Part shown: positions 21,193 to 30,857 of the stretch, piece after piece | Layout of the letters: each line of letters begins with the position of its first letter | Position numbering within the stretch: the first letter of the stretch is position 1 | Assembly: GCA_045615545.1 (NCBI GenBank) | Contig: JAZLFA010000040.1 | Location: 13,667-77,666, forward strand | DNA length: 64,000 nucleotides | Direction: 5' to 3' | DNA from: Bacilli bacterium | Lineage (GTDB): Bacteria; Bacillota_I; Bacilli_A; RFN20; CAG-826 | The notes under the pieces: model-generated | What the model was told of the DNA's origin: nothing | Database searches by the model: none | What the model saw: only the letters and a program-made list of their open reading frames with translations | Made by a program: the position numbers and the translations under genes

Positions 21193-21795
21193 ATGAATTA
21201 CGAAATAGTAGTTGCTAGTTCAAATAGGCATAAAGTTCAAGAAATAAGGAAGATTTTATCTCCTCATAAAATGACTGTTTATGGACTATGTGATTTAAAT
21301 ATTGATGAAAAAGAAATCATTGAAGATGGAAGTAACTACCAGGAGAACGCATTTATCAAGGCTAACGCGTACGCGCATGAATTCAATAAACCAATTATCG
21401 CTGATGATTCAGGAATTGAAATTGATGCACTAAATGGTAAGCCTGGTCTAGAATCAGCGCGTTTTGCCGCCTCAATGGGTGGTCATGATAAGGCAATTGA
21501 ATACATAATCGAACGAGTTAAAGCAACAGGGATAAATACTGCTAGATTTATTTGTTCTATTGTTTTAATTAACGAAGAAAATAAACCATTAACTTTTGAA
21601 GCAGTTGTTAATGGTCACATATCATTAGCACCAAAAGGAAAAGAAGGATTTGGTTATGATCCAATATTTATTCCTGATGGATTAGATAAAACATACGCTG
21701 AATTAACAGAAGAAGAAAAAAATAAACTTTCCCACCGCGGAAAAGCTTTATTAAAATTAATTACCTATTTAAAAATAAATCAAAAAATTATCTAA
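21193..21795 (+). CDS. rdgB: Non-canonical purine NTP pyrophosphatase (RdgB/HAM1 family)
   Basis: Start taken at MNYEIVVASSNRHKVQE, which is internal to the ORF-track ORF. Ham1 motifs DDSGIEIDALNGKPG and FGYDPIF are present. Confidence 0.8.
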   Translation: MNYEIVVASSNRHKVQEIRKILSPHKMTVYGLCDLNIDEKEIIEDGSNYQENAFIKANAYAHEFNKPIIADDSGIEIDALNGKPGLESARFAASMGGHDKAIEYIIERVKATGINTARFICSIVLINEENKPLTFEAVVNGHISLAPKGKEGFGYDPIFIPDGLDKTYAELTEEEKNKLSHRGKALLKLITYLKINQKII

Positions 21796-22460
21796 GCCAA
21801 AATTGTTACAGCTAACAAACCAAATACAATTAAGAATTCGCCGAGTAAATAGGAGAGCATGATATAAAAGTCTCTCCTTTTTACATCCTTTGCAAATGTA
21901 GTAATTGAAAGGATAGTATCACTAATAAAGAAACTAGCGTAGCCAATTGCCATTAATATACCAGGGAGTGGTTTTGCGGTATTATCAACTGCGAGCATAA
22001 TGCCAAAGGCTAGACCTGTTAATAAAATCATCATGTAGAAATTACCAGGTAAAGCTAATATACCACACATTTTCTTTGTTAATGGATAAATTAAGAAAGC
22101 AAGGGCCACTAGCGCAATTGGAACAACAATATAAGCAATATAATTTATTTGATATGAAAGAGATAATATTGCCTGCGCTATGTATAAGAAATGGCCACCC
22201 AAAAATACGAAAGTACCAAAAGCAAAACAAATCTTGTTATGTTTAAATAGCATAAATATATCGCCAATTAATCCAAGTATTGCGCCAACATAAATAAGAG
22301 GTTTACTAGGAACAAGGATAATGGCAGCTATAATAAGCATCAATAAACAAAATGGTTTAGTAATTGCTCTTAGTTTTTCGTTTTCTTTATAACAAAAGAA
22401 TAGATGCACCAAAGAAACTACACCAAAAAGGATAAGAAATATTAATCCAGGAACATTCAT
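21792..22460 (-). CDS. YhhN-like (lysoplasmalogenase family) polytopic membrane protein
   Basis: 222 aa with about 7 TM helices. LGLIGDIFML and GGHFLY resemble YhhN motifs. Confidence 0.4.
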   Translation of the reverse strand: MNVPGLIFLILFGVVSLVHLFFCYKENEKLRAITKPFCLLMLIIAAIILVPSKPLIYVGAILGLIGDIFMLFKHNKICFAFGTFVFLGGHFLYIAQAILSLSYQINYIAYIVVPIALVALAFLIYPLTKKMCGILALPGNFYMMILLTGLAFGIMLAVDNTAKPLPGILMAIGYASFFISDTILSITTFAKDVKRRDFYIMLSYLLGEFLIVFGLLAVTILA

Positions 22461-22610
22461 TACTTTAATTTTAAATTAAGTTTTAAATAAAATAAATTAA
22501 TTTAGCTAAATTATTTCTTTATACAAAAATAAGAGGCAGGAAATCTATACTAAATCTATAACCTACAATATTTTATTTATATTTATGGGTAATAATAGTA
22601 AAATAATTTT

Positions 22611-23687
22611 ATGAACATAAATTTAAGCAATGCTGATCAAAAACAAGTTAATAAACTTTTAGAAGTAAAAGAAAATAACATCACTATCGCAAATTTACTT
22701 ATTGATATTTGTTTAATTAGGGATGATGAATTTTATAAACAAATTAAGTTTAATTTTGTAAAAAATAATAGTTTGGCTCTTGCGGTATTAGATACATTAC
22801 AAATTGATATAAACGAACCAACAAATAAAAAACTTGTTGATGAATATTTAGCAAATGCATTTTTGTTTTTAGATATTTCAAAATACGAGCAAAATCCATA
22901 TAATTTAAGCGTAAAACCCCAACAATTTAAAAATAAATCTTATGAATTGTGTTATGAAAAATATCCAGCGTATTCATTTTTTCCATTAGATGATATTAAG
23001 TTATTTGGAAATAAATTTCTGGAATGCTCAAGCATTGGAACGGTTAATAAAGAATATAAATATTTATGTTTAAAAAAGAATAATGAAATTTGGATGTGTA
23101 TTACACCAAATGAAATTAATACGATGGATAATTTTATCTCTGAAGCAAATGGTAATGTATTAACGTACGGGCTTGGTTTAGGTTACTTTTCATTTATGTG
23201 CGCTATAAAAGAAAATGTCAAAACCGTAACAGTAATCGAATCAGATAAAACAATCATTAATTTATTCTTAACCTATATTTATCCATTTATTCCAAACAAA
23301 GAAAAAATAAATATTATTAACAACGATGCTTTTGCTCACTATCAAAATATTAAACAAGGGGAATATGATTATTGTTTTATTGATATATGGCATGACGCTA
23401 ATGACGGGGTTATTTCATTCATTAAATTTAAAAGCATGGAACATAATTATTTATTAACTAGATATTGGATTAACGAATCATTATATGCAATGGTAAGAAG
23501 ATGTTTATTAACAATTATTGAAGAGCAACTTAATGGTGTTAATCCATCAATATATTCAAAAACAAAAAATGACAATGATAGAGTAATAAATTACTTATAT
23601 GAAAAAACAAAAACGATGTCACTTAATTCATATAAAGACATCGTTAATCTATTAACTAATAAAACAATTGATAAAATACTTAAATAA
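22611..23687 (+). CDS. Hypothetical protein with a C-terminal spermidine-synthase-like / class I SAM-methyltransferase-like fold
   Basis: 358 aa. GLGLGY (glycine-rich loop), TVIESD, NNDAF and YDYCFIDIWHD resemble PABS/MTase motifs. The N-terminal 170 aa are unassigned. Confidence 0.4.
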   Translation: MNINLSNADQKQVNKLLEVKENNITIANLLIDICLIRDDEFYKQIKFNFVKNNSLALAVLDTLQIDINEPTNKKLVDEYLANAFLFLDISKYEQNPYNLSVKPQQFKNKSYELCYEKYPAYSFFPLDDIKLFGNKFLECSSIGTVNKEYKYLCLKKNNEIWMCITPNEINTMDNFISEANGNVLTYGLGLGYFSFMCAIKENVKTVTVIESDKTIINLFLTYIYPFIPNKEKINIINNDAFAHYQNIKQGEYDYCFIDIWHDANDGVISFIKFKSMEHNYLLTRYWINESLYAMVRRCLLTIIEEQLNGVNPSIYSKTKNDNDRVINYLYEKTKTMSLNSYKDIVNLLTNKTIDKILK

Positions 23688-24456
23688 CTTTGAAATGTTT
23701 TAAAGCTTTCTTTATTCCTTTACGATCAATTGGAGTGGTAACATAGAAAGCTTTTTCTTTTGCTTCTTCTCTACCATTGCCCATTGCAATACTATATTTA
23801 ACCTCGTTAAACATATCAATATCAGGAATATCGTCACCAATACCCATAGCGTCTTCTTTAGAAAAACCATAGTAATCAAGTACAGCCTTAACACCTAATC
23901 CTTTATGATATTTACTTGGATAAATATCGCACCCCTCATCAAAGAAACGATAAAAATAAACAGGGAATTTATTAAAAGATTTATCGCTGTCTTGATGCGA
24001 GAAAAGAAGCATACTAGTAACTTCTTGGCCTTTATATTCTTCTATACGTGGTTTCTTTTCAACCCAATGTTCAAAGAAACGAATAGTAATATCACTTTCG
24101 GAAATTAAAAAAGCATCATCTGGTGTCATAATCTCTAATACGAGATTCTGCTTTTTTGCTATATCAATGATATCATTTACTATTGGATTAGGAATTACTT
24201 GTTTTAATACATATTTACCATCTGTATAGGCTAAACCACCATTTGTGCACACAAATCCATCATTATCAAGCTTATCTAAAACGCCAATACCTTTTAACGA
24301 ACAATATGGTCTTCCTGTACACAAAACAATCTTCACTCCATTAGAGTGAGCTTCATTTAGTGCTTTAAGACCACTTTTACGGAAGCGCTTGGCTTTGTGA
24401 TCATATAAAGTCCAATCTACATCTACAAATATTATTTTGATATTTGACTTATTCAT
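23680..24456 (-). CDS. Cof-type HAD-IIB family hydrolase
   Basis: 258 aa. Motif I FVDVDWTLYD, TGR, GDDIPDIDMF. Confidence 0.7.
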   Translation of the reverse strand: MNKSNIKIIFVDVDWTLYDHKAKRFRKSGLKALNEAHSNGVKIVLCTGRPYCSLKGIGVLDKLDNDGFVCTNGGLAYTDGKYVLKQVIPNPIVNDIIDIAKKQNLVLEIMTPDDAFLISESDITIRFFEHWVEKKPRIEEYKGQEVTSMLLFSHQDSDKSFNKFPVYFYRFFDEGCDIYPSKYHKGLGVKAVLDYYGFSKEDAMGIGDDIPDIDMFNEVKYSIAMGNGREEAKEKAFYVTTPIDRKGIKKALKHFKVI

Positions 24457-24461
24457 TAATA

Positions 24462-25481
24462 TTAAAGTGGTAAATCCTTCTTAATAAAATATTTGCTTCC
24501 AGCAAAAGCAAAGATAATTCCAACTAAAACCAAAATGCCAAATTCCCAAATCCAGTTATATGAAATAACATCGCTACCAAAGTTTGTTACAGCTTTTGAG
24601 AAAGATGCAATACTATCAGTATCAATCAAAGTATATAAAGTGAAGTAATTAAATACATTCATTGCTTGAACGCCAACACCAACACTAACGAATACTTTGT
24701 TGCCAAATAAACCTAAGATACAACATAAGAAACACAATACACAAACGCCACCACCAACAGCGATTGATTGGTTAGATTTGTTAAAGAATGCACTAGCACC
24801 AAAGCAAACACCAGTTAAAGCAAACATCGATAGGAAACTACCTAAACAATAAAGAGCTGATTTAAGGAAGAAATAATTAAACGGCGTTTCAACTTTTGCA
24901 GTTAAATTAACTATATAGTTAGCAATTGCACCAGTTCCTAAAGCTGCAATTGTAATAATTAAATACATTGCTGCTAAGCTAGCAACAATAAATAAATATT
25001 GAGTTCTAACAACTTTTTTTCTAGCAGTAGGAGTTGATAAAACATAGGCCATTGAACCATCACTAACTTGCGCTGCTAAAAGTTTATTAGCAACGATCAT
25101 GACATAAATCATTGGTAAAAGGACACCAGCAATCTTATATATAAGATCGTTCATAATCGCATTTAAGTCTAATTGTGACATGACCTCAATACGCGAAAGA
25201 GAAAATCCCATTGTTTGTAATAAACCAAGAATTTGTAGCCAGTTCATATTTTCATCTTTTACATATTGTTGAACACTAGCAATATCAATATTTGTAAAGA
25301 TTGCTTTTGTTCCAACCACTAAGTTAACGATGATAAATATAGCAGCGCTTCCAAGAGTGAGCACTAACCATAAAACCCAGTTAGCTTTAAACGACTGTTT
25401 AAATAAAGGCCAAGAGAAATATGATTTATGTTCTGGTTTAGAACTAATTGGTTCCATTACTGCTTCATTGTTCTGACTCAT
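24462..25481 (-). CDS. ABC-2 type transporter permease
   Basis: 339 aa with six predicted TM helices, downstream of two ABC ATPase genes. Confidence 0.6.
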   Translation of the reverse strand: MSQNNEAVMEPISSKPEHKSYFSWPLFKQSFKANWVLWLVLTLGSAAIFIIVNLVVGTKAIFTNIDIASVQQYVKDENMNWLQILGLLQTMGFSLSRIEVMSQLDLNAIMNDLIYKIAGVLLPMIYVMIVANKLLAAQVSDGSMAYVLSTPTARKKVVRTQYLFIVASLAAMYLIITIAALGTGAIANYIVNLTAKVETPFNYFFLKSALYCLGSFLSMFALTGVCFGASAFFNKSNQSIAVGGGVCVLCFLCCILGLFGNKVFVSVGVGVQAMNVFNYFTLYTLIDTDSIASFSKAVTNFGSDVISYNWIWEFGILVLVGIIFAFAGSKYFIKKDLPL

Positions 25482-26433
25482 ATTCGATTCCTCCTACAAC
25501 ATTTTCAATAAAGTATTTTTCAAGTGAATACTGCACCTCTTTAATTAATTTGATGTTATGTTTAGTTAATTCTCTAAACATGCCATCAGTTTTTTCTATC
25601 GGTACCCTAATTAAGTAACCGTAAAATTCAGGATATTTTTCTAAGACAATAATTTGACTTGTGTCGGCAGTGTCATAACTCTTTTTATCATTAAATGTAA
25701 TGACATATTCTTTGAATGGTCGATTATGAATTTCATCCATATCGACAATGTCGATAATTTTTCCTTCTTTAATGAAAGCAACATAATCACATGTTTCTTC
25801 AAGTTCATCAAACATATGATTAGACATAATTATTGTTGTACCTTTTTCCTTTTCTTCTTTAATAATGTTAATAAATGATTCACGCATTAAAGGATCTAGT
25901 CCGGTAGTTGGCTCATCAAGCAAAACAATCTTTGGATGATGCATAAATGCCGCCACTAGAGCGGTTTTTTGTTTCATACCCTTACTCATACGTTTTAAGT
26001 TAGCGGTTGGATCTAATTGCAAAGCATTAATTATTTCTTCCGCTCTACTCATATCTGTAACATTAAGAAGTTCAGCTTGGCTTTTTAAAAACGCACTTCC
26101 ACTTTCAACAGCAGGGAAAGCAATTTCTCCAGGGAGATAGCCAATAAATGGTTTAATTTTTTCACTATCTTTCCAAGCATCCATACCTTCAACAGTAACA
26201 CTGCCTTCTTGAGGTTTTAAAAATCCCATGATATGACGAAGGGTAGTTGTTTTACCAGCACCATTAGTGCCACAATAACCTAAGGTTTTTCCACGAGGAA
26301 CAATGAAGCTAACATCAAATATACCTCTACCTTTACCATAGTCTTTTGTTAAATGAGAGACTTTGATTGCGATATCTTCATCTTTAAAATCTAATAAGCT
26401 TTTCGCGTGCTCATATTTTTTAAGCTCTTCCAT
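25465..26433 (-). CDS. ABC transporter ATP-binding protein
   Basis: 322 aa. Walker A GTNGAGKTT, signature MSKGMKQK, Walker B VLLDEPTTGLD. Confidence 0.85.
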   Translation of the reverse strand: MEELKKYEHAKSLLDFKDEDIAIKVSHLTKDYGKGRGIFDVSFIVPRGKTLGYCGTNGAGKTTTLRHIMGFLKPQEGSVTVEGMDAWKDSEKIKPFIGYLPGEIAFPAVESGSAFLKSQAELLNVTDMSRAEEIINALQLDPTANLKRMSKGMKQKTALVAAFMHHPKIVLLDEPTTGLDPLMRESFINIIKEEKEKGTTIIMSNHMFDELEETCDYVAFIKEGKIIDIVDMDEIHNRPFKEYVITFNDKKSYDTADTSQIIVLEKYPEFYGYLIRVPIEKTDGMFRELTKHNIKLIKEVQYSLEKYFIENVVGGIEYESEQ

Positions 26434-26444
26434 CTTAGCCCCTC

Positions 26445-27404
26445 CTATTTTTTATTACCAACAACACCAGAAAGACCGCCAAATTCTTTCTCTTCTTTAT
26501 AGAAAGACATGAAATAGTCTTGTAATGTATATGGTTTTTCACCAAATGATCTCACCTTAAATCTGAGAACGGAATCGATGAAATCACTATATTGATTTAC
26601 TTTAAATCTTACAAAAACAATATTACGTTTTGGATTTGTATTAACTACTTCAAATGGACATTTTGATAAATATCTTTCCATATTGTCATAATCTTTAAAT
26701 TCCAAAACATATGTTTTGGTAGAAATATCTTTTACATCTTCAGCTCTAAAAGTTGAAACGTGTTTACCATCTTTAATAATAGAAATATTGTCACAAGTCG
26801 CATCAACTTCAGAGAAGATGTGGCTGGAAAGGAGAATGGTTTTTCCTCTTTTCTTTTCATCCACAATGAATTTGATGAATATTTGTTGCATAACAGGATC
26901 TAGTCCACTGGTAGGTTCATCTAATATTAAAACGTCAGGATCATTCATAAATGCTGCAACAACAGCGAGCTTACGTTTTTCACCTAACGACATACTTTTT
27001 ACCATTGGAGATGGATCAAATTTAAATAAGCGAAGAAGATAATCTAATCTTTCTTGATTAACTTCGCCACGCATATCCTGCATCATCTTAATAAATCCCC
27101 AGCCATTTAATCCCATTGGAATATTTGGTTCACCAGGGAGGTAACCAACTTTTGCAAGAATCTTGTCAGTATTTCCAAAAGTATCAATTCCAAAGATTTT
27201 TGTGAAACCAGTTGTTGGTTTAGAAAAACCCATAATATGCCTTATGGTCGTAGATTTACCCGCTCCATTAGGACCTAAATAGCCATAACATTCACCTTTA
27301 TGGACTTGAATTGAAACATCGAAAACACCACGGCCATAACCATAGTCTTTAGTCAAGTGACTAACTTCAATAACAACAGGTTCTTTTGAAAAATCCTTGC
27401 TCAT
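26445..27404 (-). CDS. ABC transporter ATP-binding protein (second ATPase gene)
   Basis: 319 aa. Walker A GPNGAGKST, signature LSLGEKRK, Walker B LILDEPTSGLD. Confidence 0.85.
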   Translation of the reverse strand: MSKDFSKEPVVIEVSHLTKDYGYGRGVFDVSIQVHKGECYGYLGPNGAGKSTTIRHIMGFSKPTTGFTKIFGIDTFGNTDKILAKVGYLPGEPNIPMGLNGWGFIKMMQDMRGEVNQERLDYLLRLFKFDPSPMVKSMSLGEKRKLAVVAAFMNDPDVLILDEPTSGLDPVMQQIFIKFIVDEKKRGKTILLSSHIFSEVDATCDNISIIKDGKHVSTFRAEDVKDISTKTYVLEFKDYDNMERYLSKCPFEVVNTNPKRNIVFVRFKVNQYSDFIDSVLRFKVRSFGEKPYTLQDYFMSFYKEEKEFGGLSGVVGNKK

Positions 27405-27405
27405 A

Positions 27406-28302
27406 TTATTCCTTTGTTAATTCAATAGGCACTAAGTGTGCAGCTCTAAATGTATAACTATATTGAGAGAAAAGTGGAGCAAAATTTTCATTCATTTCTT
27501 TTACTTCGTTAATATTATGTTTTTCATCTACAAGCGGGGCAGTACCAACTCTACTTTGAAAATCTTGATTTCCATCCGCACCAGGAAGATCACCACAGCC
27601 AGCAGGAAGTTCATCTTTCTTTTGCAAGTTATGAATAATTAAGTTATCGAATCTACCAGTTGAGTCATATGTTGGAATGATAAATAAACCATACCAACAT
27701 AGTTGGAATAAGAAATCATTAAAACTAACAGGCATTGTGATTGAAATTTTATTACCGCTTAAAAATGCCACCAATATCGATTCAATAATAATTTCACTTA
27801 ATTCAGAGCTTATCTCTGGAGGAAGAATCATCGAAAAAGCAGCAGTACCAATTCTCATTCGGTTACCTTTTCCGTTAGTTACTTTTTCATCAAGACTATA
27901 GTAAAGATGTAAATCTTCTTCACTAAAGAAGACGGAAAGAAGCTCTTTAATTTCATCAAAAGTTACTACATCAGAATTTAAAAGAGCTAAAATAGCGTTC
28001 GCAAGTAAATCAATCTTAGACATGGATGTTCCGCCAGTAAGAAGCGCAAAATCAAGCACTCTTTTTGTATTATATAAAGAAGGCACGCTTGAAGAGCTTG
28101 AAGGTGACTGACTACCGCTAGTAAGAGCAGGTTCAGCAGGAATCTCGTAGATTTCTTGTGTTAAATTTAAAGAAACACCAATTGTAGATTCAGGAGTGCT
28201 ACCAAGCTTAAAGGAATATTTTCCATAAATGCTAGATGAACTACATGAAGTCAAAGCCATAAACGGAATGGCTAATAGAAGTAACATTTTTTTCAATTTC
28301 AT
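27406..28302 (-). CDS. Putative lipoprotein, unknown function
   Basis: 298 aa. Signal peptide with lipobox (MALTSC) followed by a Ser-rich linker. No family recognised. Confidence 0.5.
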   Translation of the reverse strand: MKLKKMLLLLAIPFMALTSCSSSSIYGKYSFKLGSTPESTIGVSLNLTQEIYEIPAEPALTSGSQSPSSSSSVPSLYNTKRVLDFALLTGGTSMSKIDLLANAILALLNSDVVTFDEIKELLSVFFSEEDLHLYYSLDEKVTNGKGNRMRIGTAAFSMILPPEISSELSEIIIESILVAFLSGNKISITMPVSFNDFLFQLCWYGLFIIPTYDSTGRFDNLIIHNLQKKDELPAGCGDLPGADGNQDFQSRVGTAPLVDEKHNINEVKEMNENFAPLFSQYSYTFRAAHLVPIELTKE

Positions 28303-28334
28303 AAATAAATACCTCCGGTAACTTTATAAATTAA

Positions 28335-28736
28335 CTAGATTTTTTTAACAAATGTAACAACATTTTGATTATTAATACGTTCATACTTTATCTCATCAGT
28401 AAGTTTCTTACACATCAAAATGCCAAGACCACCAATATCGCGATCTTCAGCATGAAGAGTGATATCAGGATCTTCTTTTGCGAGTGGATCAAAAGCAAAA
28501 CCAGAATCAATAATTTGATAGGTAAGCGAATTATCAACTAACTCAATAGAAATGTCACATTTGCCTTCTTTGTTTGGATAAGCAAATTTTGCAACATTAG
28601 TAAAAAGTTCTTCCACTACTATATTCATAGACATTAACACCTTCATCTCAACACCAAAAGATTCCAAAGTTTCTTCATTAAAAGATAAAACGTTTGGAAA
28701 TTCATCTAATGATGCAATAAAAGATTGTTTTGCCAT
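28335..28736 (-). CDS. Anti-sigma regulatory factor-type Ser/Thr protein kinase (RsbW/SpoIIAB-like HATPase_c)
   Basis: 133 aa. N-box EELFTNVAKFAY, G1 DSGFAFDP, G2 GGLGI. Confidence 0.7.
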   Translation of the reverse strand: MAKQSFIASLDEFPNVLSFNEETLESFGVEMKVLMSMNIVVEELFTNVAKFAYPNKEGKCDISIELVDNSLTYQIIDSGFAFDPLAKEDPDITLHAEDRDIGGLGILMCKKLTDEIKYERINNQNVVTFVKKI

Positions 28737-28814
28737 AAAACCACCATTATGAATAATCCTAGTAAAAATTGATATTCTTACTAGGCAAAATTCAAAATAT
28801 AATTATCAACAATA

Positions 28815-29111
28815 TTATTCAATATTGAGGATATAAGAGAAGCCAGTCATTTCAAAGATTTCTTTGATAGAATCACTGACATGAATAAGGTTCATTGTAC
28901 CTTGTTTGCTCATTACTTTTTGAGCGCCTAAAATAACACGTAAACCAGCACTTGAAATATATTCAAGATTTGCGAAATCAAATGTTAAATGATTAATTCC
29001 AGGAAGTGATTGATTTAAAACAGTTTCAAGTTCTGGAGAAGTGACTGTATCAAGTCTACCAGTAATAGCAATTGTTAAACTTGTGTCATTTAATTTCTTT
29101 TCAATAGTCAT
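28815..29111 (-). CDS. STAS-domain anti-sigma-factor antagonist (RsbV/SpoIIAA-like)
   Basis: 98 aa from MTIEKK, which has GAGGAAA 7 nt upstream. ITGRLDTVTSPELE carries the conserved phosphorylatable Ser/Thr region. The ORF-track ORF extends to 29138. Confidence 0.7.
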   Translation of the reverse strand: MTIEKKLNDTSLTIAITGRLDTVTSPELETVLNQSLPGINHLTFDFANLEYISSAGLRVILGAQKVMSKQGTMNLIHVSDSIKEIFEMTGFSYILNIE

Positions 29112-29231
29112 AATTATTTCCTCTTTTTTTCTTTTCAATATTATAAATTGAAATTTATTATTTTTCTATTACTTTTTATCATATCAACATATTGAATCAT
29201 TATTTATTGATCAATCGTAAAAATTACAAAT

Positions 29232-29258
29232 AAAAAGCGTAACAAAGTTACGCATTTT
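29232..29258. terminator. Hairpin AAAAAGCGTAAC-aaa-GTTACGCATTTT (bidirectional terminator)
   Basis: Perfect 7-bp GC-containing stem flanked by A and T runs, immediately 3' of the minus-strand tRNA-Ser(GCT). Confidence 0.5.
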
Positions 29259-29265
29259 AATTAAA

Positions 29266-29356
29266 TGGCGGAGCAAGAGAGACTCGAACCCTCGCACCGG
29301 AAACCCGATCTACGTCCTTAGCAGGGACGCCCCTTCACCAACTTGGGTATTGCTCC
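29266..29356 (-). tRNA. tRNA-Ser (anticodon GCT)
   Basis: The reverse complement folds into a class II tRNA with a long variable arm, anticodon loop CTGCTAA, T-loop GGTTCGAGTCTC and encoded CCA. Confidence 0.85.
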
Positions 29357-29406
29357 AATAGTGCCCAATTATATTAACATAATTAGGCGAATTTAATAAA
29401 TGTTTT

Positions 29407-30846
29407 TTAATAAGCTTTTGCAAATAATACAACTTTTGTTGCTTTTTTACCACAAACAGGGCATTTATCATCAAAGCCAATTTGATTAAATGGTATTGCT
29501 CTAGCAGTAGCTTGGAATTTATCTTTAATTGCTTTTTCACAAGCTTCATCTTCACACCACATGACTTTAGCGTATCCACCTTTGACATTTAGGATATAAT
29601 CAAGTTCTTCCATGTTATGTGCTTCTGTAATGTGTTCGAGTAAATATTTATTTGCTTTGTCATACATTTCCTTATGAATAACGCTAAACAATTCTTTAAC
29701 TTTATTTACCAACTCATCATAGCCACAGAATACCTTTTCTCCAGTGTTACGTTTAGCAAGAACGACTTGCTGTTTTTCGATATCTCTAGGACCAATCTCA
29801 AGTCTTAGTGGTACACCCTTCATTTCATATTCAGAGAACTTCCATCCTGGAGTCTTATCACTATCATCAATTTTGACCCTAATACCCGCGCTTGCGAGAA
29901 CTGATGCAATTCTTTTTGCTTCAGGGATGACTCCTGGTTTATTTGCAGCAACAGGAATAACAACAACTTGAATTGGGGCAACAAATGGAGGTAACACCAA
30001 TCCATTATCATCGCCGTGAACCATAATAATGCTGCCTAATAAACGTGTTGAAACGCCCCAACTTGTTTGATGAGGATTTTGAATTTTACCATCACGGTCT
30101 TGAAATGAAATACCAAATGCTTTTGCAAACCCATTACCAAAGTAGTGAGTCGTGCCGCTTTGTAATGCTTTTCCATCTGGCATTAAAGCTTCAATTGTAT
30201 AAGTTTCTTTAGCGCCAGCAAATTTTTCTTTTTCAGTTTTTCTTCCTTTTACAAAAGGAACAGCTAAAATATCTCTGCCTAAATCATCATAAATTTCAAG
30301 CATCTTTAATGTTTCGGTTCTTGCTTCTTCTTCGGTTTCGTGCATTGTGTGACCTTCTTGCCACAAGAATTCTGCTCCACGAAGGAAAGGACGGGTTGTT
30401 TTCTCCCATCTAACAACAGAGCACCATTGGTTGTATAGCTTTGGTAAATCACGATATGAATTAATTATTTTTGCATAATGTTCACAGAACAATGTTTCAC
30501 TAGTAGGACGAATAATTAATTTATCATCAATTTCTTCTCCTCCGCCCATAGTAGCCACTAATGTTTCAGGAGCAAATCCTGCAATATGATCTTTTTCTTT
30601 TTGAAATAAAGATTCAGGGATTACACTAGGCATATAAACATTTTCATGTCCTGTTTCTTTAAATCTAGCATCTAGATATTCTTTAATTCTTTCCCAAATA
30701 GCATAGCCATAAGGTCGATAAATAATAAATCCTTTTACACTGGAATAATCCATTAATTCTGCTTTTTTGCACACATCAGTGTACCACTGAGCAAAATCGA
30801 CACTTTGGCTAGTAATAGCGTCATTCTTTTTCATTTCACTACCCAT
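29407..30846 (-). CDS. proS: Prolyl-tRNA synthetase, archaeal/eukaryotic-like type (no editing insertion)
   Basis: 479 aa class II aaRS with the typical N-terminus FAQWYTDVCKKAELMDY and a C-terminal zinc-binding domain (CPVCGKK). Confidence 0.9.
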   Translation of the reverse strand: MGSEMKKNDAITSQSVDFAQWYTDVCKKAELMDYSSVKGFIIYRPYGYAIWERIKEYLDARFKETGHENVYMPSVIPESLFQKEKDHIAGFAPETLVATMGGGEEIDDKLIIRPTSETLFCEHYAKIINSYRDLPKLYNQWCSVVRWEKTTRPFLRGAEFLWQEGHTMHETEEEARTETLKMLEIYDDLGRDILAVPFVKGRKTEKEKFAGAKETYTIEALMPDGKALQSGTTHYFGNGFAKAFGISFQDRDGKIQNPHQTSWGVSTRLLGSIIMVHGDDNGLVLPPFVAPIQVVVIPVAANKPGVIPEAKRIASVLASAGIRVKIDDSDKTPGWKFSEYEMKGVPLRLEIGPRDIEKQQVVLAKRNTGEKVFCGYDELVNKVKELFSVIHKEMYDKANKYLLEHITEAHNMEELDYILNVKGGYAKVMWCEDEACEKAIKDKFQATARAIPFNQIGFDDKCPVCGKKATKVVLFAKAY

Positions 30847-30857
30847 AATAGTTCCCC

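Noticed and set aside
22042-22230. Short ORFs nested in other genes (22042-22230, 23712-23894, 23905-24108, 25654-25878, 26716-27042, 27436-27901, 34102-34566, 35674-35928 and others in the track)
   Set aside because: All are embedded in or antisense to longer, better-supported genes, with low-complexity or hydrophobic junk translations.
29310-29588. 92-aa minus-strand ORF overlapping the proS 3' end and approaching tRNA-Ser
   Set aside because: Alternative frame of the well-supported proS gene. No RBS or conservation signal.
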